Shown one piece after another: positions 17,421 to 27,871 of a stretch of 57,165 bases of DNA (position 1 is its first letter; each line of letters starts with the position of its first letter). The notes beneath the pieces were generated by a model. The model made no database searches. It was not told the DNA's origin and saw only the letters and a program-made list of their open reading frames with translations. The stretch covers positions 1 through 57,165 of IMG/VR virus record IMGVR_UViG_3300046006_000628; one strand, 5' to 3'. The position numbers and the translations under genes were made by a program. This stretch comes from a virus. Its lineage: Duplodnaviria; Caudoviricetes.

Positions 17421-20294
17421 ATGGACACAATAGAGTTCTTCGGCCGGGTCCTTCCGGACACCGGTTACTATGTAGCCACGGTAATAAACCCAGATAGGAG
17501 AACCCAGAAGTCATACGAAACGATCGACGAGCTAACCAACGCCGTCATCCGGATCGACATCGCAGGTGGTAACGTCTACTACGCAATGTCCTCGTTCATC
17601 GAGGCGGGCAACCGCAAGCAGATCAACGTAGCTCGGACCAAGTCCCTCTTCATCGACATCGACTGTGGTGAAGAGAAGCCCTTCGCCGACCAGCGCGAGG
17701 GTGCCAAGGCACTGAAGGCGTTCTTAAAAGCCAGCCAGATGCCTGCTCCTATGATCATCTCGTCAGGCCGCGGCCTCCATGTGTACTGGCCCCTGACAGA
17801 AGCACTGCTACCCGAAGACTGGAAGCCACTGGCTGACGCACTCAAGGCCGCAGCGCTCCACCACAAGTTCGATATCGATAAGGCCGTGACCGGCGACAGC
17901 GCCCGAGTTCTCCGCCCGATTGGGACACACAACCCGAAGAACGGTGCCGAAGTAATCCTGATCAAGGACGCACCGGACAACGACCCCGCCACCCTACGCA
18001 CGCTGCTCTCCAAGTTCATGACACGCACCTCGGTGCCGTCCGCACCCCGTGGGTTCGCAGCACAGGGCAAGCCTGTGTCCAGCATTACGGGAGCACTTGC
18101 GTCCGGGCAGGAGTACGAGCCGGCTGATCCAGACAAGGTGATAGCAGGGTGCGCTCAGGTCCGGTGGGCCGTGACCAACCAGACAGACGTAGAGGAACCC
18201 TTCTGGTACGCCCTGATGGGCGTGGCTGCCTTCTGCGATGGGCCAGAAGCTACTGCCTTGACATGGTCAGATCAGCACCCCGGGTTCGACTACTCCAAGA
18301 CCATCCTCAAGGTGGAGCAGTGGCGTAAGCAGGCGACAGGCCCCACCACCTGCAAGAAGTTCAAGGACCTGCGTGAGAGCGGCTGCAAGAAGTGCCCCTT
18401 CGCCGGCAAGATAACCACGCCCGGCCAGATCGGCCGCACGATGGTGGAAGCAGAGGGCCCAGTCGAGGATGCCCTCGACATCGTGGCACGGGAAGTGCCT
18501 ATGCCCCCAGCCTTCAAGCGGCTGGCCAAGGGCGGTATCGCCCAGACTATCGACGACACAGACATCGAGGTAGTGCCGTTCGATCTGTATCCTGTGAGCT
18601 ACGGCATGGACGAAGCCCTTGGCTACGAGGTAGTGCGGTTCCACTGGAAGCGCCCACACAGAGGCTGGCAAGAGCTCAAGTTCCGGCAGGCGTACCTTGC
18701 CGATGGGAACCGCGAGTTCCCTACTGCCATCGCTGACCAAGGGATCGTGCTGCCCTTCAAAGCCCTGACCGAGAGGTTCCAGTACATGCTACGCTCATAC
18801 ATGGATGAACTCCGCACGCTGCGGACGACGACCAACCTCTACACCACCCTCGGGTGGAAGGAAGACAACACGCTGTTCGTGATAGGTGACAAGCAGGTTC
18901 GTAAGGACGAGCAGGGACAGACAGTCACTGAGGATGTGGTGCTATCCTCAACGGTACGCCGTGTCAGCAACGGGATGTACGGAACCAAGGGTGAGCACGA
19001 GAAGTGGATCAAGGCCACCAAGCTGATGGAAGTGGCTGAACTGCACGCGCACATCTTCGCCCTTGGGGTATCCATGTCAGCGCCGCTGTACCAGTTCACC
19101 GGCCTCAAGGGTGCAGTCCTCTCACTCTACGGGCCGACGGGCAGCGGCAAGACACTGGCCCAGCTGGCGCAGCAGTCAGTATGGGGCAACCCAAGCGAGC
19201 TACACTTCCAGTCCAAGTACACCCAGAACGCCCTGTTCACCCGGCTGTCGTTCTACTGCAACCTCCCCATGACGATCGACGAGACGACCATGATGCCCGA
19301 CAAGGAGGTCGGTGACTTCATCTACGGTGTCACGCAGGGACGCGACAAGAGCCGCCTCAACGCCCGGATCGAGGAGCGTGAGCCCAAGACATGGGCCGCG
19401 CCTGTGACGCTGTCCACCAACAGACCCATGAGCGGTAAGCTACTGGCTGCCTCGTTCGAGACGGACGCGCAGATGGCCCGCCTGCTGGAGCTATCGTTGG
19501 AGAGCTCTGACATCTTCACCAAGAGCACGGATGTAGGGCGCAAGTTCTACAATACGATCACCCGGAACTACGGTCATGTTGGTGGGTTCGTCCTCACATG
19601 GCTGGTGGAGAAGGGCGAGGCTGCGGTTACCAAGATGATCGCCGACCACATGGTCGCGTTCGAGAAGAAGTACAAAGTTCGGTTCACCGGTGAGGAGCGG
19701 TACTGGGAGGTGATGATCGTACTCGCCGACCTGATGAACAAGATCGCTGTCGAGAAGGGCTGGGTCGATTACGACTACGCCAAGGCCACTGAGTACGCCC
19801 TGCTGCAGGCTGGTATGATCCGGCGCAGCATCAGCGCCGCCAAGCTGGACGAGTTCGATCTGCTGGGTGAGTACCTCAACGAGATGCGTGACACCACTGT
19901 CACCGTAGCCCACACGGATAACGGCGCGTCCACCCCGCTGGACCCGAACAGCCTGCCCCGCGGCGAGGTCAGGATCAGGTTCGACCTCTATCGCAAGACG
20001 ATCGGTGCCCCCTATGACCGCGGCATCCTGCTGCTCGACCGGACCCACTTCCGCAAGTGGATGGCCAGCCGTGGTGGAGACTGGAAGAAGTTCAGCGACA
20101 CGCTCGCTACTGAGAACATCGACGCCACACCATCATCCAAGAAGGCCATGATGGGGCGGCTGACCCCGCTGCGCCTGCCGCAGACCTATGTGGTAGGGAT
20201 CAACCTTGCGCACGACCGCCTCAGCGACCTGCTCAACAACCAAGACAATCGGCCGGAGAGCATGACGCTGGGGCAGTTGCGGGCTGTGCTTTAG
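17421..20294 (+). CDS. Primase (AEP/RepB-like) fused to DUF927 and a helicase domain
   Basis: FIDID, SSGRGLHVYW, RVLRPIGTHN, Cys cluster, Walker A GPTGSGKT, TIDE. Confidence 0.88.
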   Translation: MDTIEFFGRVLPDTGYYVATVINPDRRTQKSYETIDELTNAVIRIDIAGGNVYYAMSSFIEAGNRKQINVARTKSLFIDIDCGEEKPFADQREGAKALKAFLKASQMPAPMIISSGRGLHVYWPLTEALLPEDWKPLADALKAAALHHKFDIDKAVTGDSARVLRPIGTHNPKNGAEVILIKDAPDNDPATLRTLLSKFMTRTSVPSAPRGFAAQGKPVSSITGALASGQEYEPADPDKVIAGCAQVRWAVTNQTDVEEPFWYALMGVAAFCDGPEATALTWSDQHPGFDYSKTILKVEQWRKQATGPTTCKKFKDLRESGCKKCPFAGKITTPGQIGRTMVEAEGPVEDALDIVAREVPMPPAFKRLAKGGIAQTIDDTDIEVVPFDLYPVSYGMDEALGYEVVRFHWKRPHRGWQELKFRQAYLADGNREFPTAIADQGIVLPFKALTERFQYMLRSYMDELRTLRTTTNLYTTLGWKEDNTLFVIGDKQVRKDEQGQTVTEDVVLSSTVRRVSNGMYGTKGEHEKWIKATKLMEVAELHAHIFALGVSMSAPLYQFTGLKGAVLSLYGPTGSGKTLAQLAQQSVWGNPSELHFQSKYTQNALFTRLSFYCNLPMTIDETTMMPDKEVGDFIYGVTQGRDKSRLNARIEEREPKTWAAPVTLSTNRPMSGKLLAASFETDAQMARLLELSLESSDIFTKSTDVGRKFYNTITRNYGHVGGFVLTWLVEKGEAAVTKMIADHMVAFEKKYKVRFTGEERYWEVMIVLADLMNKIAVEKGWVDYDYAKATEYALLQAGMIRRSISAAKLDEFDLLGEYLNEMRDTTVTVAHTDNGASTPLDPNSLPRGEVRIRFDLYRKTIGAPYDRGILLLDRTHFRKWMASRGGDWKKFSDTLATENIDATPSSKKAMMGRLTPLRLPQTYVVGINLAHDRLSDLLNNQDNRPESMTLGQLRAVL

Positions 20295-23200
20295 TCGAAC
20301 CCAATCAGTTCGTTGGTGAGTTCAACCGCCTGTTGGTTGTTCTTACCGACGGACTGCATGAACCGCTGTGTGGCCGACATGTTGGCGAGTTTGTTGAGGC
20401 GCTGGTAGTTCTTCTCGAAGTTCTTGATCTCCAGAAGTGTGCCCTTGTTGACCTCGTTCCACTCTTTGACAGTGCGCCGGATGGATGCGGCCGTGGCCTT
20501 GTCACCAGACATCTCAGCTTTGAGCAACGCAGTGCGGAACTTGGTCACCACTTGCTTCTGGTAGTTCGTCTCACGCTTGGCCAGACGGATCACCTCGTAC
20601 TTCGACGCCACGGACACCGGTGTGAACCCGAGGACCCGGCCAATAAGCATACCCGTGGTCAGGTCTGGGTCGATGACGTAGCCGCGCTTGTCGATCACAG
20701 CCCCAGCGGAGTTGTAGGCCACGGCGTCACCGAGAGCACGCAGGATGGTGATAGGTCCACCGCGCATCGCATCCACTACCGTGGTTGTATCAGAGAACGG
20801 TGCTGCAGCGAGTTGGGAACCGCCTGTGAACGTGCCCTCGACGAACCCCCACGCAGGGCCGAGGACTTCTCTTACGGTGGCAGACAGCTCTTGTCCGGGC
20901 AGGAAGCCGGCGGTGCCGGGGAGGAAGTCTCCCGTGCCAAACCTACCCGCCACGTCGCTACCCAGCATGGAGGACAGAACGCCCTTCAAGATGTAGGGCG
21001 ATGCACCCGGCCAAATCTCGTCGATGAGGCGCGCAAGTTCCATGCGAACGCTGCCGGAAGTCGATCCTGTCCGCTGCAGTATGGTGTCAATGAAGTCCTC
21101 CCCGTCCTCAGCGAACGGCATACCAGCAAGCCCAGACGCAAGAAGGAGGGGGGCGATCATCATCGCCTTACCCGTAAGGCTCAACCGACTGAGCGTCTGG
21201 ATCGTCGTGGTTGGCCAGACCTTATACATGTAGAGGAACGACTGGAACCCCGACCGCCACACGGCAGGACGGGCCTTGGCACCATAGTCGCCGAGTGTGA
21301 GAAGCACACCCTGCGTAGCGAAGTCCGATGCTCTTGCGTGGATTCGCTTGTACTCAGCCGCTGTCAGTTTGTCGTTCGGGGCCTTACCGATCGCACTGGT
21401 CTGGCGTTGCCACTCCACGCGGAAGGCAGCGAGCGCAGCGGAGCGGCGCGTAGCTTGCTCGGACGACACGTAGAAGAACATCCACTTATCCAGTGCCTTC
21501 CTTACCGCTGGGTTCGTAGTGAAACCGCGCGAGGCACCGAGCAGACTATTGGCCTGCGCTGGTGTGAGGATACCGCTTAGGGTTTCTTTGCCGATGAACT
21601 CGGCTTCGGGTTTGGTCACATTCGGGTCGGTTTCCAGCCCGTCTGCTACCTGCAACCAGTACTTTCCAGTGTGCATTTTTAGCGCACGCTCAGAGAAGGA
21701 CAGACCACCCGAACCGCCCACGTCAGACACAGCCTTCAGGTACTGCGTGTAGGCGTTTGTAATACCCGCACCGCCGCCGAATCCGTTCTTCTCATTGTAG
21801 GTTCCCAGCCACGGGATGAAGTTGGTGAAGGGGCCGATGTTGTTCATGATCGGCTGCGTGAACGTACCACCCAGTTGCGACGCACCTGCCCACCGGCGGA
21901 CCCACGAGGCTACAGGACCAGAACCCCAGTCAGTTTCGTTAACATCACGGTTGCCGTTGATGAAGGCCATCATGCTCTGGCCTTCAGAGTAGAACTTGTT
22001 GCCGAGGTTCACTGACATGCCGTTCACCTTCGTGATGGTCTTACCCATCTTGTAGGCGTAGTCAGTGTACTCCCGCTTGGCGAGGTCCCTAGCACCTTCG
22101 CTCGCATTGGGGTTTACCAGCGCGGCGTCGTACGCTTTCTTCAGGTCGTCTAGTCTTTTGGTGTCACCGAACCACAGCTTGCGGCTGCCCGGCAGCTTCA
22201 GGTTCATCACCTTGTCTAGGGCCGGACGCATCTTGATCTTCGCGATCAGTGCAGAACGGCTATCCACGTGGCGAGCCATGGCTTCCATTGCGGTGACGCC
22301 GCCCTGCACTTCGTAGCCGGGGTTACCTGTCTGCTGCAGGCGCTTACGCGCCCGGGCGTCCTGCGCCGTCATCGCGACGATGATCTTCTCCAACTGGGAT
22401 GGCTTGATGTTAAGCCCGAACCGCTGGGCCCCGCGAAGGAACTCGTGGACGTTTAGCTCCAGTGAAGTATGGACCCCCGATGCCGCCGCGCTTACCTCGA
22501 AGCGAAGCTCAACAGACTGCGATGTGAAATCGCTCTTACCGTCTCTGCGTCCCTCGACTTTGTACACCCGCTTGGTCGTGCCGTCCTTGAGCGTGATGAT
22601 CTCGACGTCTGTGGTGCCTGCATCCACCGGCGTTGCGGTGTCCGACAGCGTGGCGTTGGCAAGGCTGGCGAGCGTCGTGGCTTCTTGGGCAGTACCGAAC
22701 ACACGGTAGGCTGCTTGGCCACGGGCATCTTCCGACAACTGTATGAACTCGTCGGTCCCCGGGACATAGGCAACCAAACGCATCTGGAACTGTTCGTCCT
22801 TGCGTACGATTGGGGTGTAACCCTGAGCCAGCATCTGGCGGACGCTCTCTTCTGCGCTGCTATACGAGCGCTCCGAGGCACCGATGTCCGTGATGGTTTT
22901 CTGCAGGAGGAACTCATTCTCCGCGGTTCTAGTTATGCGCTTACGCAGACCAACCAGTTGGGCGATGAAGTCGTCCGCCAGCTTGTCCTTGAAGTACACA
23001 CGGAGCGCGTCCTCCTTGGTGGTGTCGAATCCCTTAGCGATGAAAGCCTCATTCAGTATCTTTACGAACTCCGCAGCGGCTTTGGCGCTTCCATCGGTGG
23101 CTACTACGTTGCCTTCTACGATTTTCGAGCCGACGCTATACAACTCGTAGTGTTTGTCCATAGCCTGCCGAAGCATGGCTTCTTCTTTACCGGTGATTTT

Positions 23201-26200
23201 ATCTGTATCTGAGGTCAGCATGGACCCCACGGCTTCTATACCGTTCTTCCTGTCCTCTACCAGCGCCTCGTAGTTTGCTCGCACAAACTCCACATCGACC
23301 ATCTGCTCCACTTCGCGCACTGCGAGGTATGACTTCCAAGTCGGATGGGCCTTGTTCAGTTCGTCGGCGATCTTCTTATAGCGGTCGTCCTTGGCCAGTA
23401 TGGCTTTGGCTTCCGCTATCTCCAGCGTGCCAGCTTCGGCGTAGGCAGCGATCGTATCTTCGTTGGGCTTAACAGTGTCGCCCACGATGGTAAACATACG
23501 GGTGGGTTTGCCGGCATCCTTCAGGGCCTTGGTCACACTGGCAATCCGGGCCTCGACTTTACCGCGGATGTCGTCCTGCTGGCCGTAGTTCAACCTGCTG
23601 GCAGCCAGTTGCTCTGTCTCCGTGATACCGCCCACGACTTTGATACCGGCGATCCGGACCTCGCGGTCGAGTGCGTAGCGCAGTATTGCGTCGCTACGGT
23701 TCCTGATGTCAGCTGTTGTCTCTCCGCCCTTGGATAGGATTTCGTTTTGACGGGCCGATCCGGCGTTATCCAGTGCGTTGAACCCGGTCAGACTGAAGGC
23801 TTTGCGGAGTATGTTCTCCGCGTTGAGGGACAGTTTCTCTGTGTACGGCTTGAGGGCGGTGGTTATTTCATCCACGGTCCGGGGTAGGCCATGCACGTTG
23901 TAGATAAGCCGATCTACACTGCTGTTGTCGGTTGCAAAGCCCGACTTGAAGCGGCCCGTACCCTGCTGGTCGGTCCCAGACTCGATGTCCCTGATGTCCG
24001 TGAAGATGCTCTCGACGGTGAACAGGCTGTCCTGCTTGCCATTGCGGACGTAGCGCCGTGACATGCGCAGCAGGTGGCGCACCATGTCGTCACTGAACCG
24101 GAAGCCCACTGCATTGAGCGCAGTCTTCATAGCGCCCGCCAGCCGGCGCAGGAGCGACATGTCCAGCACGGCGGCATAATCAGCTAGGAACTCTTCGGTT
24201 GCCTCTCCACGGCTCAGCCCACGCACTTCTACGGCTTGGTCTACGATGGCGGCTACGCGTGGATCGCTGTTGTACACCTGATCCATGGCTGCGTTGAACG
24301 TACCAGCAGGCATGACCGACCGCAGGCCGTAGTGACCAAGGGCTTCGTGCGCGAGGACGAACCGGAGTTGCTGCTCAGTGCCGATGCGGTCGGTGAAAAT
24401 GATGACCTGCCCGTCACCAAAGGAGTAGCCCATGGCCGGGATGGTGTCGAAGTCACCCTGCGGCCGGGCCGCGACCGCTTGCTTGTAGAGCTCTGGGTTC
24501 TTGGCTTTGAGGTCCGCTTGGCTACGGGCCACGGTGATCTTGGGCGCACGCGCGAACTTCGAAGTGAAATTCTTGATCAGCATCTGCACTCGACCAGTAG
24601 CCAAGGGAGTTACAGGTTTGCCGTCGAGGTCCACAACCCCGTCGATTGTGTTCCATGTGGAAAGGAACGGCTTGCCGTCCGACTCAACGGGGACGACAAT
24701 CCGATTGCCCTTTTTGTCTGCCACCCTGTTCGGGTTGCCGTCAGCGTCGGCAAAGTCCACCAGCCTGAACTCTTTAGTTCCGACAGCGAGTACGGCTTTT
24801 GAGTCCTTTGCACGTAGTGCGGTGACCAGCCGTTTGAACTCAGCCGTCCAACCCGGCTGAGTGTTGGCTGTTTTGGCCCCGGAGTTCACATCCTTAATCA
24901 GTTGGCTCAGTGCAGCTACGTCTTGGTCCCCACCAACACGCGTGGCGGTTTCTTCGGCGATCTGTTCCGGGGTTTTTCGCGCGGGCGGTCGGCCCCCTTT
25001 GATCCGGTCCAATAGATCGACCTTCTCGCCGCGCGGCTTAGCCTTCGCGTCAAGCACAGGCGTGTCAACCTCAGCCTCGACCTCAGCCTCGACCTCAGCC
25101 TCGACCTCGGGCTCAGTGACAACGGGTTTGGGTTTAGGTCTGGGTGCGGGTGTGACCGCAGGTTCGGCGGCTTTAGCGGGGGCCTGTACCTCGGGTGCGG
25201 GTGTGACCACTGGTGCTGCCTGTCCCGTTGCCCCTTTGGGTTTGGGTGCATCGCCCTTCCTACCCCCCTTAAGGACTCGACTTTCTTGTGTGCCCTGATT
25301 GGCCTTCGCTGGTGGTGTGGTTTCAGGCGGCGGAGCCGTAACTTCGTCTACTACTTTCGATACTTTATCGGGGTTAGCCTCAATGGCAGCATCGACCCCA
25401 GCCATATCCTCCACCCCAAGGCGCTCCACGAGGGATATGTTCTGTTCATCTGTGAGGCCAGCGACGCGCTTACGCACAGCAGCTTTCTTGACAGCAGTCT
25501 GCTGAGCCTTGGTCAGGGCTTTTGGTTTGGCGGCGGGTGCGGCTGCCTTGGGGGTCTTCATCTTGTTCAGGCGGAGGTTTTTGTAGAGTGCCTCCGTCTG
25601 ATTACCTTCTTGGACCGCTGCCATCCATTTGCGCTGGGCCTTGGGTGTAAGATCGCGAAGTGTTGTCGCGCTGAAGTTCTTACCGGACTGCGGCCGGAAT
25701 CTCTCCCATGCAACTTCCGACTCCACGAAGGCATCCTGCAGAAAGAGCGCTGTATCCATGCGGGCGGGCTCGTCTTGCGCCGTTTTCTGTGCGTAAGCTT
25801 CCTCGATCTCGGCTTGCGTTTGCCGTCGCCCAAGTCCTTCCTGCCGCTGCGCTTCTAGGTCTGCTGCCTCTTGATCTGCGGCAGTCTGCTCTGCCGCAGC
25901 TTGCCGGGCAGCAGCGGCCTCTCTTTGCGCTAAGGCAGTGCGAAGGCCCTCAGCCATTGCTCCGCTAGGCGGGGCAGGCAGGCGCGCAGTGGATGCACCC
26001 GGTGCTAGAAGTGTAGCCCCCCTAGTACCTAAGGGTGCCGTGGTAGCCGGAGCGGTTGCAGCGGGTGCAGCACCGGGCGCAAGACCCGCAGGAGTACCGT
26101 AGTAGTCAGCCACAGGAGCAATACCCGGTGCGGGCAGCGCAGCAAGAGTTGGAGGTGCGGGAAGTCCAAGGAGCCGAGCTTGGCCGGCCGGGACCGCGTC

Positions 26201-27868
26201 GATTACGTCACCGGTAATCGGGTCCCTACGGTCTCCGTACGGCAGTGTGATTTTACCTGACTGCCGGTCCTCGGGCTGCAGCCCTCCGGTGGCACGACGC
26301 ATAAGTCTCAACTGCTGCTCTGTCAGAGGTGTGACGTTACGGCCAGTCGCTGTCTCCGGCAGGTCCATTACTTGCCCCGGACCGGTGGGGGGTACTTCGA
26401 TCGGTCCAGACCCGGGGAAGTAGGGTAGCCCCAGTGGTTGGAACGACTGCTGACCATACAGTTCAGATGACGCAGTCTCGGTCGGCGGAGGGAGAGCCAG
26501 CAGTGGTCGTGTTTGTTCAGTAGCAGTAGTGGTCAGGTCGAGCGGCTTATCCGTAGGGATAGCTGGCTTAGGGCCGGGCCCGTTGAACGCACCGACAGTA
26601 GCACCAGCGCCGAAGCCCAGAACCGCACCGGATACACCGGCGAGCTTCAGGTTCTCCATGTAGTTTTCCGACATGTGCGGAGCTAGGAATTTCCAGTCCG
26701 CTGGAGCTAGGTTCTCCCGAACAATCGGATCGAACAGCGCCATCTCCATGAAGGTCTGCATGGTTTCGGTAACGGCTTCCGCGGCACCCGTTTTTATGCC
26801 TTCGACACCTGCACGACGAAGCAGGTTGCGGGATGTAGCGGACGACGCTTGCTGAAGTGCGTTGCGTGCTGTGGGGGACAGCAGCGAACCGAGTCTACCG
26901 GCTGCGCCACCAGCGCCGTACATGTCGAGCACGGTATTGAATAGGGTACCACCGACGATCTCGGCACGGACCTCCGGGTCCGTTACGTCCATCCCGTTGC
27001 GCTCAGCTGCATCAAAGAAGCTGGTCATGTGGATCGGCATGGTAGTGATAGCAGCGCCACCGCGGGGTCCAAGGGTACGTGCTGCACTAGCCACGGCCCC
27101 AGTCTTACTAGCAGCCCCTAAGGCGCTGGCTGCCCACCCGCCGAAAACGGCAGAGAACAGCATCGGCACAGCTTCGATTACTGTGTCCGTTACTTTCTCG
27201 CCGAACGAACTGCGCTGCGAGATCAGGTACGAACGAAGCTGCTCGTTCTCAGATTCCCCGAAGACATCCTGCGCCGCCTGACGCATGGGCTCCCCGATGC
27301 TCTCTGCACCAGCGAGTGTGAGTAGACTTCCCGGCAGGGCCGTAAGTCCATAGGCGATCTGCTTGACACCACGACCCAGTAACTCACCGGTGGATCGCCT
27401 ATCAGAGAACGACGACAGGTACCGATCGAACGACCCTTCTGGCAGTGAGGTCCACCCCTCCCCTTGCGGTCGAGTAGTGTTGGCTGGCTTGGCAGCAGCG
27501 GTTAACGCAGACTGGGCGTCGTCAGCCTTGAACGCTTGGTCACCGGCGAACATCTCGTTCGTAGACTGGTTGAAGTAGACCGTGGCTGGGGAACTTACTG
27601 CGGCTTGCGGAGCTCTGACAGGCGCGTTGAACATACCTTTAATACGTTCGTCGTTGCGTGCGCGGAAGGCGTCGAGTCCACTAATAGCCTCTGGCGCATC
27701 AGGCATAACAGCGCGGCCTGCGACCGCAGTGTCCATGTCAGTCGGTTGGATCGACCCTAGTCCAGTGCGTGTGGCTGGGTCGTCACCGAAGCGGGCAGCC
27801 GGGACGCGGAGTCCCGCCCCCATGGAGGCCATGAGCGGGTTGGTGATCGAGAGTCCGCGGTCCGCCAT
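20291..27868 (-). CDS. Giant internal virion/ejection protein (2525 aa) with zincin-like motif; polyvalent-protein-like
   Basis: FVLAHEALGHYGL...EEFLA; degenerate PLxRFG-like YTPIVRK; last gene of the structural arm. Confidence 0.75.
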   Translation of the reverse strand: MADRGLSITNPLMASMGAGLRVPAARFGDDPATRTGLGSIQPTDMDTAVAGRAVMPDAPEAISGLDAFRARNDERIKGMFNAPVRAPQAAVSSPATVYFNQSTNEMFAGDQAFKADDAQSALTAAAKPANTTRPQGEGWTSLPEGSFDRYLSSFSDRRSTGELLGRGVKQIAYGLTALPGSLLTLAGAESIGEPMRQAAQDVFGESENEQLRSYLISQRSSFGEKVTDTVIEAVPMLFSAVFGGWAASALGAASKTGAVASAARTLGPRGGAAITTMPIHMTSFFDAAERNGMDVTDPEVRAEIVGGTLFNTVLDMYGAGGAAGRLGSLLSPTARNALQQASSATSRNLLRRAGVEGIKTGAAEAVTETMQTFMEMALFDPIVRENLAPADWKFLAPHMSENYMENLKLAGVSGAVLGFGAGATVGAFNGPGPKPAIPTDKPLDLTTTATEQTRPLLALPPPTETASSELYGQQSFQPLGLPYFPGSGPIEVPPTGPGQVMDLPETATGRNVTPLTEQQLRLMRRATGGLQPEDRQSGKITLPYGDRRDPITGDVIDAVPAGQARLLGLPAPPTLAALPAPGIAPVADYYGTPAGLAPGAAPAATAPATTAPLGTRGATLLAPGASTARLPAPPSGAMAEGLRTALAQREAAAARQAAAEQTAADQEAADLEAQRQEGLGRRQTQAEIEEAYAQKTAQDEPARMDTALFLQDAFVESEVAWERFRPQSGKNFSATTLRDLTPKAQRKWMAAVQEGNQTEALYKNLRLNKMKTPKAAAPAAKPKALTKAQQTAVKKAAVRKRVAGLTDEQNISLVERLGVEDMAGVDAAIEANPDKVSKVVDEVTAPPPETTPPAKANQGTQESRVLKGGRKGDAPKPKGATGQAAPVVTPAPEVQAPAKAAEPAVTPAPRPKPKPVVTEPEVEAEVEAEVEAEVDTPVLDAKAKPRGEKVDLLDRIKGGRPPARKTPEQIAEETATRVGGDQDVAALSQLIKDVNSGAKTANTQPGWTAEFKRLVTALRAKDSKAVLAVGTKEFRLVDFADADGNPNRVADKKGNRIVVPVESDGKPFLSTWNTIDGVVDLDGKPVTPLATGRVQMLIKNFTSKFARAPKITVARSQADLKAKNPELYKQAVAARPQGDFDTIPAMGYSFGDGQVIIFTDRIGTEQQLRFVLAHEALGHYGLRSVMPAGTFNAAMDQVYNSDPRVAAIVDQAVEVRGLSRGEATEEFLADYAAVLDMSLLRRLAGAMKTALNAVGFRFSDDMVRHLLRMSRRYVRNGKQDSLFTVESIFTDIRDIESGTDQQGTGRFKSGFATDNSSVDRLIYNVHGLPRTVDEITTALKPYTEKLSLNAENILRKAFSLTGFNALDNAGSARQNEILSKGGETTADIRNRSDAILRYALDREVRIAGIKVVGGITETEQLAASRLNYGQQDDIRGKVEARIASVTKALKDAGKPTRMFTIVGDTVKPNEDTIAAYAEAGTLEIAEAKAILAKDDRYKKIADELNKAHPTWKSYLAVREVEQMVDVEFVRANYEALVEDRKNGIEAVGSMLTSDTDKITGKEEAMLRQAMDKHYELYSVGSKIVEGNVVATDGSAKAAAEFVKILNEAFIAKGFDTTKEDALRVYFKDKLADDFIAQLVGLRKRITRTAENEFLLQKTITDIGASERSYSSAEESVRQMLAQGYTPIVRKDEQFQMRLVAYVPGTDEFIQLSEDARGQAAYRVFGTAQEATTLASLANATLSDTATPVDAGTTDVEIITLKDGTTKRVYKVEGRRDGKSDFTSQSVELRFEVSAAASGVHTSLELNVHEFLRGAQRFGLNIKPSQLEKIIVAMTAQDARARKRLQQTGNPGYEVQGGVTAMEAMARHVDSRSALIAKIKMRPALDKVMNLKLPGSRKLWFGDTKRLDDLKKAYDAALVNPNASEGARDLAKREYTDYAYKMGKTITKVNGMSVNLGNKFYSEGQSMMAFINGNRDVNETDWGSGPVASWVRRWAGASQLGGTFTQPIMNNIGPFTNFIPWLGTYNEKNGFGGGAGITNAYTQYLKAVSDVGGSGGLSFSERALKMHTGKYWLQVADGLETDPNVTKPEAEFIGKETLSGILTPAQANSLLGASRGFTTNPAVRKALDKWMFFYVSSEQATRRSAALAAFRVEWQRQTSAIGKAPNDKLTAAEYKRIHARASDFATQGVLLTLGDYGAKARPAVWRSGFQSFLYMYKVWPTTTIQTLSRLSLTGKAMMIAPLLLASGLAGMPFAEDGEDFIDTILQRTGSTSGSVRMELARLIDEIWPGASPYILKGVLSSMLGSDVAGRFGTGDFLPGTAGFLPGQELSATVREVLGPAWGFVEGTFTGGSQLAAAPFSDTTTVVDAMRGGPITILRALGDAVAYNSAGAVIDKRGYVIDPDLTTGMLIGRVLGFTPVSVASKYEVIRLAKRETNYQKQVVTKFRTALLKAEMSGDKATAASIRRTVKEWNEVNKGTLLEIKNFEKNYQRLNKLANMSATQRFMQSVGKNNQQAVELTNELIGFD
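25068..25109. repeat. 12-bp tandem repeat encoding (EAEV)n
   Basis: acctcagcctcg x3 within a Pro/Ala-rich linker. Confidence 0.7.
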
Positions 27869-27871
27869 GGG

